From Lachnospiraceae bacterium (GTDB lineage: Bacteria > Bacillota > Clostridia > Lachnospirales > Lachnospiraceae), in NCBI GenBank assembly GCA_014804755.1, contig JAAUZE010000008.1, positions 100,109 to 164,108 of the forward strand: a stretch of DNA of 64,000 nucleotides, written 5' to 3'. Positions 1-10,622 of the stretch are shown here, in pieces. The notes beneath the pieces are model-generated. The model ran no database searches, was not told the origin of the DNA, and saw nothing but the letters and a program-made list of their open reading frames with translations. The position numbers were made by a program, and so were the translations under genes. The number at the start of each line of letters is the position of its first letter. Within the stretch, counting starts at the first letter, position 1.

Positions 1-1
1 C

Positions 2-228
2 TGGGAGGAATATACGGAGCATACGAGAGAATGCTATATTGATCAGGACGAATACATGCCGGAGCGAAAAGCGACGACGATGGAGGAACTCATGGAGGGA
101 ATCTGCGAGGTGCTGAAAGAGGATACTCATAAAGAGCAGCGCCATGTCTCGCGCAGACGGATGTTTGCGAAGACGGACGGCAGGTCGTGTGAGCGGTTGA
201 TCCGAAAGATTAAGGATATTAGGAAGTA
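2..228 (+). CDS. 3' end of upstream hypothetical protein (partial)
   Basis: Open frame entering from the window edge and ending with TAA at 226-228; no recognisable motif. Confidence 0.3.
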
Positions 229-271
229 AGGTATCGGAAATGCCCCTAAAAGCGGGCGGATAGGAGCGGTT

Positions 272-982
272 ATGAATGTTGCAATGCTGATCGCCGGCGG
301 AAGCGGGCAGAGAATGAAGCAGGATATACCGAAACAGTTTATCAACGTAAATGACAGGCCTGTCATCGTATATACGTTGGAAGCGTTTCAGAAACATCCG
401 AATGTGGATGCGATCGCAGTCGTATGTCTGCAGGGCTGGGAGGAGATCTTAAGGGCATACGCAAAGCAGTTTAATATCACGAAGCTGCAATGGATTTTTC
501 CGGGTGGAGAAAACGGTCAGGAATCCCTTCGGAACGGTGTGATGGGATTAAAGGAAGTCTGCGACGGTGAAGATCTGGTGATCATTCATGATGCGATCCG
601 TCCGATGGTATCGCAGGAGATCATTTCGGAGAATATCAGCTGCTGCATGCGTCACGGTTCCGCGATCACAGTGATTCCGTGCGCGGAGGCGATGCTTTTG
701 ACGGATGATAAAAACAGCTCCACGGAAATGATACCGAGAGACCGCCTTGCAAGAACGCAGACGCCGCAGGCGTTTCCGCTGAAGAAGCTGGTGTGGGCGC
801 ACGAGGAGGCTGCAAAGCGGGGAATTAAGGAATCCATTGCGACCTGTACGCTCATGATCGAGCTTGGAGAGCAGATTTATTTTTCGACCGGTTCGGAGAA
901 AAATTTGAAATTGACGACGGCGGAGGACATTGAGATATTCAAGGCGCTGCTGCACTCAAAAAAGGATGACTGGATGAAGTAG
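272..982 (+). CDS. IspD/TarI-family cytidylyltransferase (ribitol-5-phosphate or MEP cytidylyltransferase-like)
   Basis: N-terminal LIAGGSGQRM glycine-rich motif typical of IspD/TarI; 236 aa; RBS GGAGCGG upstream; sits in a glycosyltransferase locus. Confidence 0.75.
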   Translation: MNVAMLIAGGSGQRMKQDIPKQFINVNDRPVIVYTLEAFQKHPNVDAIAVVCLQGWEEILRAYAKQFNITKLQWIFPGGENGQESLRNGVMGLKEVCDGEDLVIIHDAIRPMVSQEIISENISCCMRHGSAITVIPCAEAMLLTDDKNSSTEMIPRDRLARTQTPQAFPLKKLVWAHEEAAKRGIKESIATCTLMIELGEQIYFSTGSEKNLKLTTAEDIEIFKALLHSKKDDWMK

Positions 983-996
983 CTCACACTGCAGGA

Positions 997-2106
997 ATGG
1001 AGGACATGATGCTGGAAAGCGCCCTGTATCAGGAGGATCTGAAAAAAATAAATGAGGTCGTCTTTTCGGGAGAGGAACTCGAACAGAAAAATGTTTTGAT
1101 CACGGGAGGAACCGGCCTGATCGGTTCCTGTCTTGTCGATGTGTTACTCTTCAGAAATGAACATCTGGGAACGCATATCGGTATCTGGGTGCTGTGCCGC
1201 AATGAGGCGCGCGCGAAAGAGGTATTCGGAACCTATTTGGATAAAGAATACTTTCACCTGATCGTTCAGGACGTTTCCGTACCGCTGCCGCCGGATGCTC
1301 CGAAATCCATGGACTATATCATTCACGCCGCAAGCAAGGGAGATCCGAACAGCTTTGTCACAGATCCGCTCGGTGTGATGAATGCGAATGTATTAGGAAT
1401 GCATTGGCTTTTAGAATATGCGAAGCAGGTAAAAGTAAAAAAAATCCTATATCTGTCCAGCGGGGAGGCATACGGAAAGGTGGATCTGCCGGAGGATCTT
1501 CCAATCTCAGAGACAATGACGGGGCTGCTTGACAGTCTGAAAGTCAGAAACTGTTATGGCATTTCAAAACGGGCGGCGGAGACGATGTGCGTCAGTGCGG
1601 CATGTGAATATCAGGTTCCGGTATGCATCGCAAGATTGTGCCATATCTATGGACCGACCATGACGACGGGTGAAAACAGAGTGATTTTTCAGTTCCTCCG
1701 GAAAGCATTGGATCAGGAGGAAATTGTATTAAAAAGCGAAGGGCTTCAAAGGCGGTCTTACTGCTATGTGGCGGATGCGGCGGCGGCACTGTTTACGATC
1801 CTTTTCCGGGGCGCTCCGGGGGAAGCTTATAATGTGTCGAATGAAAAATCCGTCGTGACGATCCGCGGGCTTGCGGAAATCCTCGGCAGCTATGCGGGAA
1901 GCGGCGTAAAATATGAACAGCAGACAGAGTCAGAGCGCAGAGGAAATTCCGGCATTATGCACGCGGTGCTTGATAATCAGAAGCTCTTAGAGCTCGGCGT
2001 TCGTATGGAATATGATATGGAGGCCGGATTAAAGAGGACGTTGGAAATTATGAAGGAGCAAGAAGATGAAAAAAGAAATCGGGATTGTCATATGCAATTA
2101 CAATAA
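997..2106 (+). CDS. NAD-dependent epimerase/dehydratase (SDR family)
   Basis: ITGGTGLIGS Rossmann motif and YGISK (YxxxK) catalytic motif; the alternative ATG at 1009 has better SD spacing. Confidence 0.75.
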   Translation: MEDMMLESALYQEDLKKINEVVFSGEELEQKNVLITGGTGLIGSCLVDVLLFRNEHLGTHIGIWVLCRNEARAKEVFGTYLDKEYFHLIVQDVSVPLPPDAPKSMDYIIHAASKGDPNSFVTDPLGVMNANVLGMHWLLEYAKQVKVKKILYLSSGEAYGKVDLPEDLPISETMTGLLDSLKVRNCYGISKRAAETMCVSAACEYQVPVCIARLCHIYGPTMTTGENRVIFQFLRKALDQEEIVLKSEGLQRRSYCYVADAAAALFTILFRGAPGEAYNVSNEKSVVTIRGLAEILGSYAGSGVKYEQQTESERRGNSGIMHAVLDNQKLLELGVRMEYDMEAGLKRTLEIMKEQEDEKRNRDCHMQLQ

Positions 2107-3391
2107 ACAGGACTATGTGCTCAAATGTCTGGAATCTTTATTTGCTTCTGATACGGACGATTTTGATGTCTACGTCGTGGACAACGCATCGCAGGATGAT
2201 TCCGTAAAACTGATCAGAGAACAATTCGGGGATCGCGTAACGCTTTTGGTCAATCAGGAAAATCTGGGCGGCTCCGGCGGGTTCAACACAGGACTCAGAA
2301 AAGTGCTGGAGAGCGATTACAAATATTTGATGTGCGTGGATAACGATATTGTATTTGCTCCCGATGCGGTCAGCGCGCTGCGCCGCTTTTTGGAGGAGCA
2401 CGAGGATACGGCGGTGGTAGGCAGCAAAGCGTACTTTATGGACGAGCCGGATAAGATCTGGAATTTCGGCGGGATCATCCGCTTTGATACCTTTATTCAG
2501 CAGGATCAGCATAAAAATTGTATCGATGCGGGACAACTTCCGGAGGTGGTATACGGCGATTATGTTCCCGCCTGCTCTCTGATGGCGCGGGTGGATGCGG
2601 TCAGGAAGGTCGGTATCATGCCGGAGGATAATTTTATTTATTGGGACGATATGGAATGGGGGTATCGATTCCGGCAGGCAGGCTATAAGGTCGCGTCCTA
2701 CGGAAAATCGAAGGTGTGGCACAAGGCCGGGGGCAGGAATGCGGGAAACACCTTTATTCATTACTATATGTGGCGGAATCGGATTCATTTTTTCAGACAG
2801 TTTCTTCCGCCGGAGGACAGGGAACGTTTTGCGGAAAGTCTGCTGACAGAAATGTTCCGAATGATCTATAGCGTCAACCTAAAAGGAGAGACGAATATCA
2901 TACGGACGCTCATGTATGCCTTTGACGACGCCGTACACGGAGTAAGGGGAAAAGCAAAAGAGGGAAGAATTCTGCCAAGGCCTGCCGTGGCGAACCGGTT
3001 AGAGCAGGCATTGTCGGGAAAAGAAAGCGTGCTGATCCGATTTAACGGAAGCTTTGAGGGGATCGGAAACATTATCAAAAATATACGGAAAACCCTGCCG
3101 GATATGCGGATCGCGATTTCCACGGCGGACTGTCCTGAGCAAGTGAAAGAGCTGACAACGCAGTATCCGGACTGTGAAGTCACGGAGCGCTATGAGCCGG
3201 AGAAATTTGCGGCCCATCTGGTCATGTGCGAGCATATTTTTAAGCTGTCACCGGACATGGAAAAGGACTGTTATATCGATCCGTGGTGCAACCTGATCTA
3301 CACGGCAAAAGATTTTATCTATGCCAGCAGCTTTGAGCAGACCAAGGATTTGTTTGTGCTGTGTAAGAAAGAGCTTTTGTGCGGCGATTGA
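2066..3391 (+). CDS. Family 2 glycosyltransferase
   Basis: IGIVICNYNK...VVDNAS(Q)DDS...CVDNDI GT2 motifs; paralog of 4972..6294. Confidence 0.8.
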   Translation: MKKEIGIVICNYNKQDYVLKCLESLFASDTDDFDVYVVDNASQDDSVKLIREQFGDRVTLLVNQENLGGSGGFNTGLRKVLESDYKYLMCVDNDIVFAPDAVSALRRFLEEHEDTAVVGSKAYFMDEPDKIWNFGGIIRFDTFIQQDQHKNCIDAGQLPEVVYGDYVPACSLMARVDAVRKVGIMPEDNFIYWDDMEWGYRFRQAGYKVASYGKSKVWHKAGGRNAGNTFIHYYMWRNRIHFFRQFLPPEDRERFAESLLTEMFRMIYSVNLKGETNIIRTLMYAFDDAVHGVRGKAKEGRILPRPAVANRLEQALSGKESVLIRFNGSFEGIGNIIKNIRKTLPDMRIAISTADCPEQVKELTTQYPDCEVTERYEPEKFAAHLVMCEHIFKLSPDMEKDCYIDPWCNLIYTAKDFIYASSFEQTKDLFVLCKKELLCGD

Positions 3392-3421
3392 AAGCGGACG
3401 TAAAGTATGGAGGAGGAAAGC

Positions 3422-4847
3422 GATGGATCCGGTTGTAGTATTTGGCGCAGGAACCGGCGGGAAGATCGTGAAGTGGATGCTGAATGATTTTGGTATTCCG
3501 GTCAGGGCCTTTACGGATAACGGCAAGGATAAGTGGGGTACAATACTGGACGGGATTCCGGTGATTCCTCCGGATTCTTTATATGATGACGAAAGCAGGA
3601 TTGTGATCGCAAGCACCTGGGAGAGTGAGATCAGGAAGCAATTGACTGAAATGGGATTGAAAGACCGTGTGGTTGAGAAAGAGGTCTTTATGTATCAATA
3701 CCTGGAACAAAGCGCGGGGGTATATTCCGACCTTTCCGGGTATCCGATCGACAGCAGTAAAAAGCCAACGTTTTTATTCGGCACGGATCTCGGGTTATAC
3801 CAGGGCGGCGTGGAGAGCTGGACCTATACGGTAGCGGACGAGTTAAGAAAAAGGGGATACGGGATCAAGATTCTGACCAATCAGACCTCGCAGCCTGCAC
3901 CGGAACGGTTTCAAAACGACACCTATTATCTGAATATGCGGGGGCGGGAATATTGCAGTGGTTTACGTGATACAGTCCATGTGATCATGGAAAATGCGCC
4001 CTGCGTGGTCATTGATTCCTGGCAGAGCATGACGATGCTTGCGGCGGCAATCGTGAAAAGGCAGAATCAGGTTGCTGTTCGACAACTGATAGAGATAGTA
4101 CATAATAATCTGCCACGGCTCTTTGGAATCGTGAAGAAATTTGAAGCTGAGATCAATGCCTGTATGGGAGTGAGCAGGGATATTAATCGGAGTCTGGTCG
4201 AAGAATATCAAATGGCGCCGGAGAAGGTGCATTATAAAGAGAGCCCGGTAAAATATGATGCAGGCATAGGGCGGGATTATATGTCTGACGAGAGTCAGCC
4301 GCTTCGGATCGGGTACGCGGCGAGGTTGTCGAAAAGTCAGAAAAGGGCGGATTTACTGCCGGAATTGATGGACAGACTGATGGAACGCAAGGTTCATTTC
4401 CGCATGCAGATTGCCGGAAGCGGAGCTCTGCGCGATATGATTCAAAACCATATCACGGAAAAGGGGTACGCGCAGTTTGTGTCCCTTACAGGCTATATTC
4501 CAAGGGAAGAGATGAATCGTTTTTGGAGCAGTCAGGATATTTTTATTAATCTGTCCGAATACGAAGGCACTAGTCTGTCAATGTTGGAGGCGATGGGGAA
4601 CGGATGTGTTCCGATCGTTACGAAAGTCGCCGGATGCGAGGAGTTTGTCGCAGAGGACATGGGATATCTCTGTGAAATCGGTGATCTGGATGCCATGGCG
4701 GAAAAAATTGCATATCTTGACCGGCATAGAGAAAAGCTTGGGCAGATGGGACAGAAAGCGTGTGAATCCGCTAGAAGAAAATGCAGTGTGGAAGCATATG
4801 TGGATCATCTGCTGGGATTGACGGCTGAGGGCAGGGAAAAGGGATAA
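3422..4847 (+). CDS. Glycosyltransferase family 4 (GT-B fold) with N-terminal Rossmann-like extension
   Basis: C-terminal EAMGNGCVPIVT...E GT4 motif; strong RBS GGAGGAGG before ATG 3422; N-terminal VVFGAGTGGKIV domain. Confidence 0.7.
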
Positions 4848-4971
4848 GTTTATACTGCCGTAGGCGGTACGAGTGAAGAATATTGAATAGCCGGGAAATA
4901 TTATGAGGCGTTGCAGGAAGGCATGAGAGAGCATTGATTGTACTGTTAAACGTGTATATAGGAGGCTGCGC

Positions 4972-6294
4972 ATGGGCAAAAAAATTGGTATCGTCATTTG
5001 CAATTATAATAAAAAACAATTTGTATTATCGTGCATCCAATCAGTACTGGATTCAAGCAGAAAGGATTTTGACGTCTATGTGGTGGATAATGCCTCGACG
5101 GACGGCAGTGCGGACGCGGTGAAAGCGGCATATGGAGACAGGGTCATTCTGATTCAGAACGAGCAAAACCTCGGCGGCAGCGGGGGATTCAACACGGGAC
5201 TCCGCGCGGCAAGGCAGACGGGATACCCCTATTACATGTGCGTGGATAATGATATTGTGATGGATGAGCATAATATTGAAAACCTGCTTTGTTTTTTAGA
5301 AGAGCATCATGAGGTGGGAATCGTCGGTTCCAAGATCTGCCGCATGCAGCACCCGGAACGGCTCCAGGAGCTTGGAGCGCGGCTGGATTTTGAAAAATGC
5401 ACACATGTTCCTTATTATAAAGACCATTTAGACAATGAGGATATCCCGGAGGTGCAGGATTGCGATTATGTTCCGGCCTGTTCGCTGATGGTTCGGGATG
5501 AGGTGATCGATAAGATCGGGCTGCTCCCGGAAGAAAACTTCATTTATTGGGACGATATGGAATGGTGCTATAAGGCAAAGCTTGCGGGGTATCGGGTTGC
5601 GGCGTACCGACAGGCGAAGGTGCTGCATGATATGGGAACCAATTCCGGGGATACGTATTTTTCTACTTATTATTTCTGGCGAAACAGAATTCGTTTTTTT
5701 GCGAGGTATACACCGCAGGATCAAAGAGAAGCAGCGATAGGAACCTTGCTGGAAAATGTTTTTCAGACCATGTACGGCTGTTATTACAAGGGGAAGACAA
5801 ATCAGATTTCCATTATGATGCATGCGCTTGACGATGCGATTCATCATCTCACAGGGAAGGCGGCCGAGGGAAAAATCCTGCCGAAGGATGCGATCGAAGA
5901 CCGGGTGGCAGGATTGTTTGAGACCTATCATAATGTGGTCGTTGAATTTAACGGGGATTACAAGCTGCTTCAGGATATTGTGAAAAAGATACAAAAAGCG
6001 GAGACGGAAGTTTCTCTGCGGATTGTCAGTGACGATGCGGAGGAAGTGCAAAGACAATATCCGGAATATCCCGTTATAAAGAGGGATCAGGTGTCAATCG
6101 AAACGGTTGAGGACTTAAGCGTGTTGTGGCTTGCGATGTGTGAGCATGTATCCAAAGTGGAGGATCACAGCCTGAAAAAGGTTTATATTGACCCGTACAG
6201 TAACCTTTTGGAGAATGAGCGGGATTTGCAGCATTTTGCGGGGTATCAATATAATAAGGATTTGTTTGTGCGCATGTGGAAGGTGCTGCTGTAA
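4972..6294 (+). CDS. Family 2 glycosyltransferase (paralog)
   Basis: Same GT2 motifs as 2066..3391, roughly half identical along the whole length; RBS AGGAGG. Confidence 0.8.
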   Translation: MGKKIGIVICNYNKKQFVLSCIQSVLDSSRKDFDVYVVDNASTDGSADAVKAAYGDRVILIQNEQNLGGSGGFNTGLRAARQTGYPYYMCVDNDIVMDEHNIENLLCFLEEHHEVGIVGSKICRMQHPERLQELGARLDFEKCTHVPYYKDHLDNEDIPEVQDCDYVPACSLMVRDEVIDKIGLLPEENFIYWDDMEWCYKAKLAGYRVAAYRQAKVLHDMGTNSGDTYFSTYYFWRNRIRFFARYTPQDQREAAIGTLLENVFQTMYGCYYKGKTNQISIMMHALDDAIHHLTGKAAEGKILPKDAIEDRVAGLFETYHNVVVEFNGDYKLLQDIVKKIQKAETEVSLRIVSDDAEEVQRQYPEYPVIKRDQVSIETVEDLSVLWLAMCEHVSKVEDHSLKKVYIDPYSNLLENERDLQHFAGYQYNKDLFVRMWKVLL

Positions 6295-6490
6295 GCAGCA
6301 CAGAGATGTCGAATGAAAATGTGTATATTATCGCCGGATGTGCCGTTCTTGGGAATAAAATAGTACAAACGGGATAAAGTGTAGTGCAAAATAAAATAAA
6401 GTATGATATGATACAAGTTAGGTTAAATATATCGGACGCGTCCGGAGAGGGCGCAAAAATATCACGTTTATCATTAGGAGGAAAGAAAAC

Positions 6491-6967
6491 ATGAAAAAAG
6501 GCGGCGTAGCAGTATTTTCCACATTGGTCGGAGCGATTGCAGGGTTTGCGGGAAGCTCCTATCTGGGCAACAAGCAGGTTGCACAGAAGGCAGAGAAGGT
6601 TGACAAGTTCAAGGGTTATTACAACATGCTTAATCAGTGGCTTGTATTAAAGCAGGAGGGTAAATCCTTAGAGAAGTACTTCACGGACAACGGTTATAAG
6701 ACGATTGCCATCTACGGTATGGGAGAGATGGGAAACCGTCTGTATGACGAGCTGAAGGGGACTTCCGTAACCGTAAAATACGCGGTTGACAAAAATGCGG
6801 CAAGCACTTACTCCGAGTTGGATGTCATTGATCCCGAGGACGATTATGAAGAGGTTGACGCGATCGTTGTCAGCGCGATCTTCGCTTTTGATGAGATTGA
6901 GGAGATGCTGAGCGACAAAGTTGAATTCCCGATCGTATCCTTAGAGGATGTCGTGTACGAGGTATAA
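6491..6967 (+). CDS. Membrane-anchored hypothetical protein (N-terminal TM, C-terminal Rossmann-like domain)
   Basis: Hydrophobic N-terminus; AIYGMGEMGNRLY segment resembles the N-terminal domain of the GT4 gene product; RBS GGAGG. Confidence 0.45.
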   Translation: MKKGGVAVFSTLVGAIAGFAGSSYLGNKQVAQKAEKVDKFKGYYNMLNQWLVLKQEGKSLEKYFTDNGYKTIAIYGMGEMGNRLYDELKGTSVTVKYAVDKNAASTYSELDVIDPEDDYEEVDAIVVSAIFAFDEIEEMLSDKVEFPIVSLEDVVYEV

Positions 6968-7038
6968 GCGCGGGAAGCGTTTGCCGGGAAGATCACAGAA
7001 GCTGTGATAGAACGGTTTTGTTTATGATGATAGTGGCA

Positions 7039-7070
7039 GGCGCCCAAGTCATAAGACTTGGGCGCTTTTC
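7039..7070 (+). terminator. Rho-independent terminator after the glycan locus
   Basis: GGCGCCCAAGTC-ATAA-GACTTGGGCGC hairpin followed by TTTTC. Confidence 0.6.
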
Positions 7071-7280
7071 TTAGCTTATAGGAAACTCTTTTTTACACGA
7101 TTCAACCGTCAGGTGAATTTTTATATCAAAACATCTGGTCATTGTAACAACGAATAGGATATCTGCTCTTGCTTTTTTGCCGATCAGGATTCATAATATT
7201 TGATAAGCAGCGATTGTGAATCGCAGAACATAATATGTGCGTAACTTTGCTTGTGGATAAGAGATAAGGAGGGATGCACG

Positions 7281-7367
7281 ATGCTGTGTCATATGCGCAT
7301 TGACTTAGGATTCAATCTCTGTACAAGGTCTGATCGTTGGGCAATCCTTGTGCAGAGGGAAAACTAA
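7281..7367 (+). promoter_or_regulatory. Leader uORF (28 codons) with embedded 12-bp hairpin upstream of MFS efflux gene
   Basis: GGAGG 7 nt before ATG 7281; perfect 12-bp stem 7317-7328/7346-7357 lies inside the uORF; followed by a second mini-ORF ATGAAAAAATAA. Confidence 0.3.
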
Positions 7368-7449
7368 GAGAATATTCATTGCCCGCATCGGATTTTGTAC
7401 TTATAGGGAACCGCAAATATGAAAAAATAACTATAAGGAGAGAAATTCG

Positions 7450-8724
7450 ATGAATCATAATTATAAAAAATATATTGTTTTTTGGTTAAGTCAGGCGGTA
7501 TCGCAGCTTGGAAGTCAGCTCACGGGGTTTGCATTGATTCTGTGGGCGTATTCACAGAACCATTCTGCGATGACGGTTTCTTTGATGTCCTTTTTTAACT
7601 ATGTACCTTACATTTTAGTGAGTCTGGCGGCGGGAGCGTTTGTTGACAGCCATAGCAAAAAGGGGATCATGCTGGTATCGGATACGATCGCGGCGATCTG
7701 TTCCGTGGTCGTACTCTTTTTAAGCATGTCGGGAGGGCTGCGGGTCTATCATATCTATATGGTCAATTTTGTGATCGGGCTGACGAGCGCGTTCCAAGGA
7801 CCCGCGTCCGCGGTGGCGGTCGGAAAAATGGTGCCGGAGGAGAAACTTGCACAGGTGAGCGGGATGAACTCTTTTTCGGGTAATCTGATCATGGTGTTGG
7901 CGCCGGTGCTTTCCGCGTCGTTATTTGCATTTGGCGGATTAACGATGGTATTAGTGGTTGATCTGTCAAGCTTTGTTTTTGCATTTGCGGTGCTGCTGTT
8001 ACTGATATATATTCCCGAAAATGAGCGGTTACAAGACGATAAAAAATCAATATTTGAAGGATGTGCGGAAGGGTTTCGTTATCTGGCGCGGCAGAAGGCG
8101 ATTTTCACGATCATCATTACGATGGCGCTGCTCAATTTTTTCTCAAGGCTTACCTATGAGAATATTTTGTCGCCCATGATCCTGGCAAGGAGCGGAAATG
8201 ATTCTTTGACGCTCGGGATCGTAAATGCGGTGATGGGGATCGGCGGCATTGCAGGCGGAATTTTGGTTGCCGCGGGGAAGTTTTCGAAGAATAGCGTAAA
8301 GATGATTTATTTTTCCGCGATGTTGTCTTTTTTGCTGGGCGATCTTCTGATGGGTATGGGACGCGGCGTTGTCCTGTGGTCGTTTGCGGGACTGATGGCA
8401 AGTCTGCCGATTCCGTTTATCAATGCGGGTCAGAATGTCATTTTTTATCGTACGGTGCCGACGGAAATGCAGGGCCGGGTATTTGCGGTGAGAAACGCCA
8501 TTCAGTTCTGCACGGTTCCGGTTGGCATCTTATTAGGAGGATTTTTGGCCGACTATGTCTTCGAACCGTTTATGGCGGCGGAATACGGTGTGGTTTCTGC
8601 GCTTCAATTGCTCGTCGGGAAAGGCGCAGGAAGCGGTATGGCGGTGATGTTTTTGTGCACGGGGCTGTTGGGAAGCTTTTTCAGTTATGTGTGCTACAGA
8701 ATCTATGAGAGTCATGCGGAATAA
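7450..8724 (+). CDS. MFS transporter, DHA3/Mef-like efflux family
   Basis: 12-TM hydrophobic profile; N-terminal WLSQAVSQLGSQLTGFALILWA resembles Mef/EntS-type MFS; RBS AAGGAGAG. Confidence 0.8.
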   Translation: MNHNYKKYIVFWLSQAVSQLGSQLTGFALILWAYSQNHSAMTVSLMSFFNYVPYILVSLAAGAFVDSHSKKGIMLVSDTIAAICSVVVLFLSMSGGLRVYHIYMVNFVIGLTSAFQGPASAVAVGKMVPEEKLAQVSGMNSFSGNLIMVLAPVLSASLFAFGGLTMVLVVDLSSFVFAFAVLLLLIYIPENERLQDDKKSIFEGCAEGFRYLARQKAIFTIIITMALLNFFSRLTYENILSPMILARSGNDSLTLGIVNAVMGIGGIAGGILVAAGKFSKNSVKMIYFSAMLSFLLGDLLMGMGRGVVLWSFAGLMASLPIPFINAGQNVIFYRTVPTEMQGRVFAVRNAIQFCTVPVGILLGGFLADYVFEPFMAAEYGVVSALQLLVGKGAGSGMAVMFLCTGLLGSFFSYVCYRIYESHAE

Positions 8725-8792
8725 AAAGAAGAATTTAACGTAAGAGAATGTATAGCAGCGGAGCGGCAGATAAGGACTGAAAGGGGAAACGA

Positions 8793-9635
8793 TTGGACAG
8801 ACTGTTACTCATTGACGGAAGCAACCTGTTGTTTCAAATGTTTTTTGGCATGCCGGCAAGAATCGTAAACGGGCAGGGAAAAGCGATTCAGGGGACGCTC
8901 GGCTTTGTGGGCGCCATGTTAAAAATCATCCGCATGGTGGAACCCACGCATATGGCGGTCCTATTTGACGGAGAGCATGAAAATCCCCGATGTGAGCTGG
9001 ATTCCGCTTACAAAGCGAACCGGCCGGATTATAGCACGGTATGTGAGGAAGAAAACCCGTTTTCCCAGCTGCCGGATGTATATAAAGCGTTGGATTTCCT
9101 TGGAATCAGGTACATAGAAACGATGGATTGTGAGGCGGACGATCTGATCGCCGGTTATGCGCTGTCATTCGGTCGGAATGAGGAGGTCGTGATCGCATCG
9201 TTTGACAGTGATTTTTTTCAGCTTATCACGGACAAGGTATCCGTGCTTCGTTATCGCGGTGAAAAAACAATGATCTGCACGCCGGAATATGTCAAGGAGA
9301 AATTTGATATTGCGCCGGAGCAATATGCGGATTGGAAATCGCTTGTGGGCGATACGGCGGACAACATTAAAGGTGCGGAAAAGGTTGGCGCAAAGACGGC
9401 GGCTTCGCTGCTTCATGAGTTTGGCACGCTGGAACAGGTTCTTTTTTATGCGGAAAAGATCGCAAAACCGTCCGTGAGACAATCCATCCTCCGGAATGCA
9501 GACAGGCTTCGGGTCAACTATCAAATGATCAAGCTTGCGGGCGGGGCGGCGCTGCCGTTCAGCGGGCAGGAATTGAAGTACCGCTATGACGGAAGGACGA
9601 CCAATGAGGTGTTGACGGGGATCGGATTGCGGTGA
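8793..9635 (+). CDS. 5'-3' exonuclease (FEN/Pol I N-terminal-like)
   Basis: LLLIDGSNLLFQMFFG and helix-hairpin-helix H3TH region (DNIKGAEKVGAKTAASLLHEFG); TTG start. Confidence 0.7.
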   Translation: MDRLLLIDGSNLLFQMFFGMPARIVNGQGKAIQGTLGFVGAMLKIIRMVEPTHMAVLFDGEHENPRCELDSAYKANRPDYSTVCEEENPFSQLPDVYKALDFLGIRYIETMDCEADDLIAGYALSFGRNEEVVIASFDSDFFQLITDKVSVLRYRGEKTMICTPEYVKEKFDIAPEQYADWKSLVGDTADNIKGAEKVGAKTAASLLHEFGTLEQVLFYAEKIAKPSVRQSILRNADRLRVNYQMIKLAGGAALPFSGQELKYRYDGRTTNEVLTGIGLR

Positions 9636-9654
9636 TGAGGAAAGCGGGCTTTGC

Positions 9655-10482
9655 ATGAGGAGCGGAGAGATTGTGGAAAGAGACAAGACTGTGAACAGAA
9701 ATCAGACGATGGAGAACAGTGAGATTATTGAAAGCAATAAGGCGTACTGGAATGAACATGCCGATCTGTGGTTTGGGACAACTGCGCTCCCTGTGTATGG
9801 GGTTCGGTTTCCGACAGGGGATGAGCTGCATCTGTTTGGGGACGTTACGGGTAAGAGGATGTTGGAAATATGCTGCGGCAGCGGGCATTCTTTGAAGTAT
9901 CATGCCGAGAGGGGCGCGGGCGAGTTATGGGGTGTTGATCTGTCGCAGAAGCAGCTTGATAACGCCGCGAGGCTGTTAAAGGAGAGCGGATATTCGGCAA
10001 AGCTGATCTGCTCCAAAATGGAAGCGGAACTCGATGTGCCGAAGGATTATTTTGATTATGTTTATTCCATCTACGGGATCGGATGGACAACGGATCTGCA
10101 GGGGACGTTTGATCATATCGCCTCTTATCTGAAAAAGGATGGGATTTTCATTTTCAGCTGGCATCATACCTTGAATTATTGCGTGGGATGGTCGTGCGAC
10201 GAGAGGAAGGACGTATTTGAAGATGATAAGCTGGTGATGACAAAAAGCTATTACGACGAGTCCTGGTTTAAAATGCCGGTGCATGACAGTGAGGTCATTC
10301 TTTGCAACAGAAAAATGTCAACCTATATCAATGCGCTGGCGAAAGCGGGCTTTGCGATTGAACAGCTGGTGGAGGAAACGGATGACGGGTCCCTGCACGC
10401 CGCAGAGGACGCGGATGCAAAAACGAAAAAAGCACAAATGCTGCCGATCTCATTTTGTATGAAGGCGAGGAAAATGCATTGA
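9655..10482 (+). CDS. Class I SAM-dependent methyltransferase
   Basis: LEICCGSGHS motif I. Confidence 0.7.
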   Translation: MRSGEIVERDKTVNRNQTMENSEIIESNKAYWNEHADLWFGTTALPVYGVRFPTGDELHLFGDVTGKRMLEICCGSGHSLKYHAERGAGELWGVDLSQKQLDNAARLLKESGYSAKLICSKMEAELDVPKDYFDYVYSIYGIGWTTDLQGTFDHIASYLKKDGIFIFSWHHTLNYCVGWSCDERKDVFEDDKLVMTKSYYDESWFKMPVHDSEVILCNRKMSTYINALAKAGFAIEQLVEETDDGSLHAAEDADAKTKKAQMLPISFCMKARKMH

Positions 10483-10622
10483 ATTCGTTAAGTGACTGTG
10501 GTAGGATTTAGGGCGATCATAATGATATAAAAGAGTTTCAGATAAGGCGCGGGTTTAGGCGGATTTGTTGTGCAGAAATATTTAAGATTAAGATGATTCG
10601 TTTCTAAGGGGGTGAAGCAGTT

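Noticed and set aside
2138-2788. 216-aa minus-strand ORF inside the first GT2 gene
   Set aside because: Antisense to a motif-supported GT2 gene.
5428-6057. 209-aa minus-strand ORF inside the second GT2 gene
   Set aside because: Antisense to a motif-supported GT2 gene.
9165-9686. 173-aa minus-strand ORF inside the exonuclease gene
   Set aside because: Antisense artefact in a GC-rich coding region.
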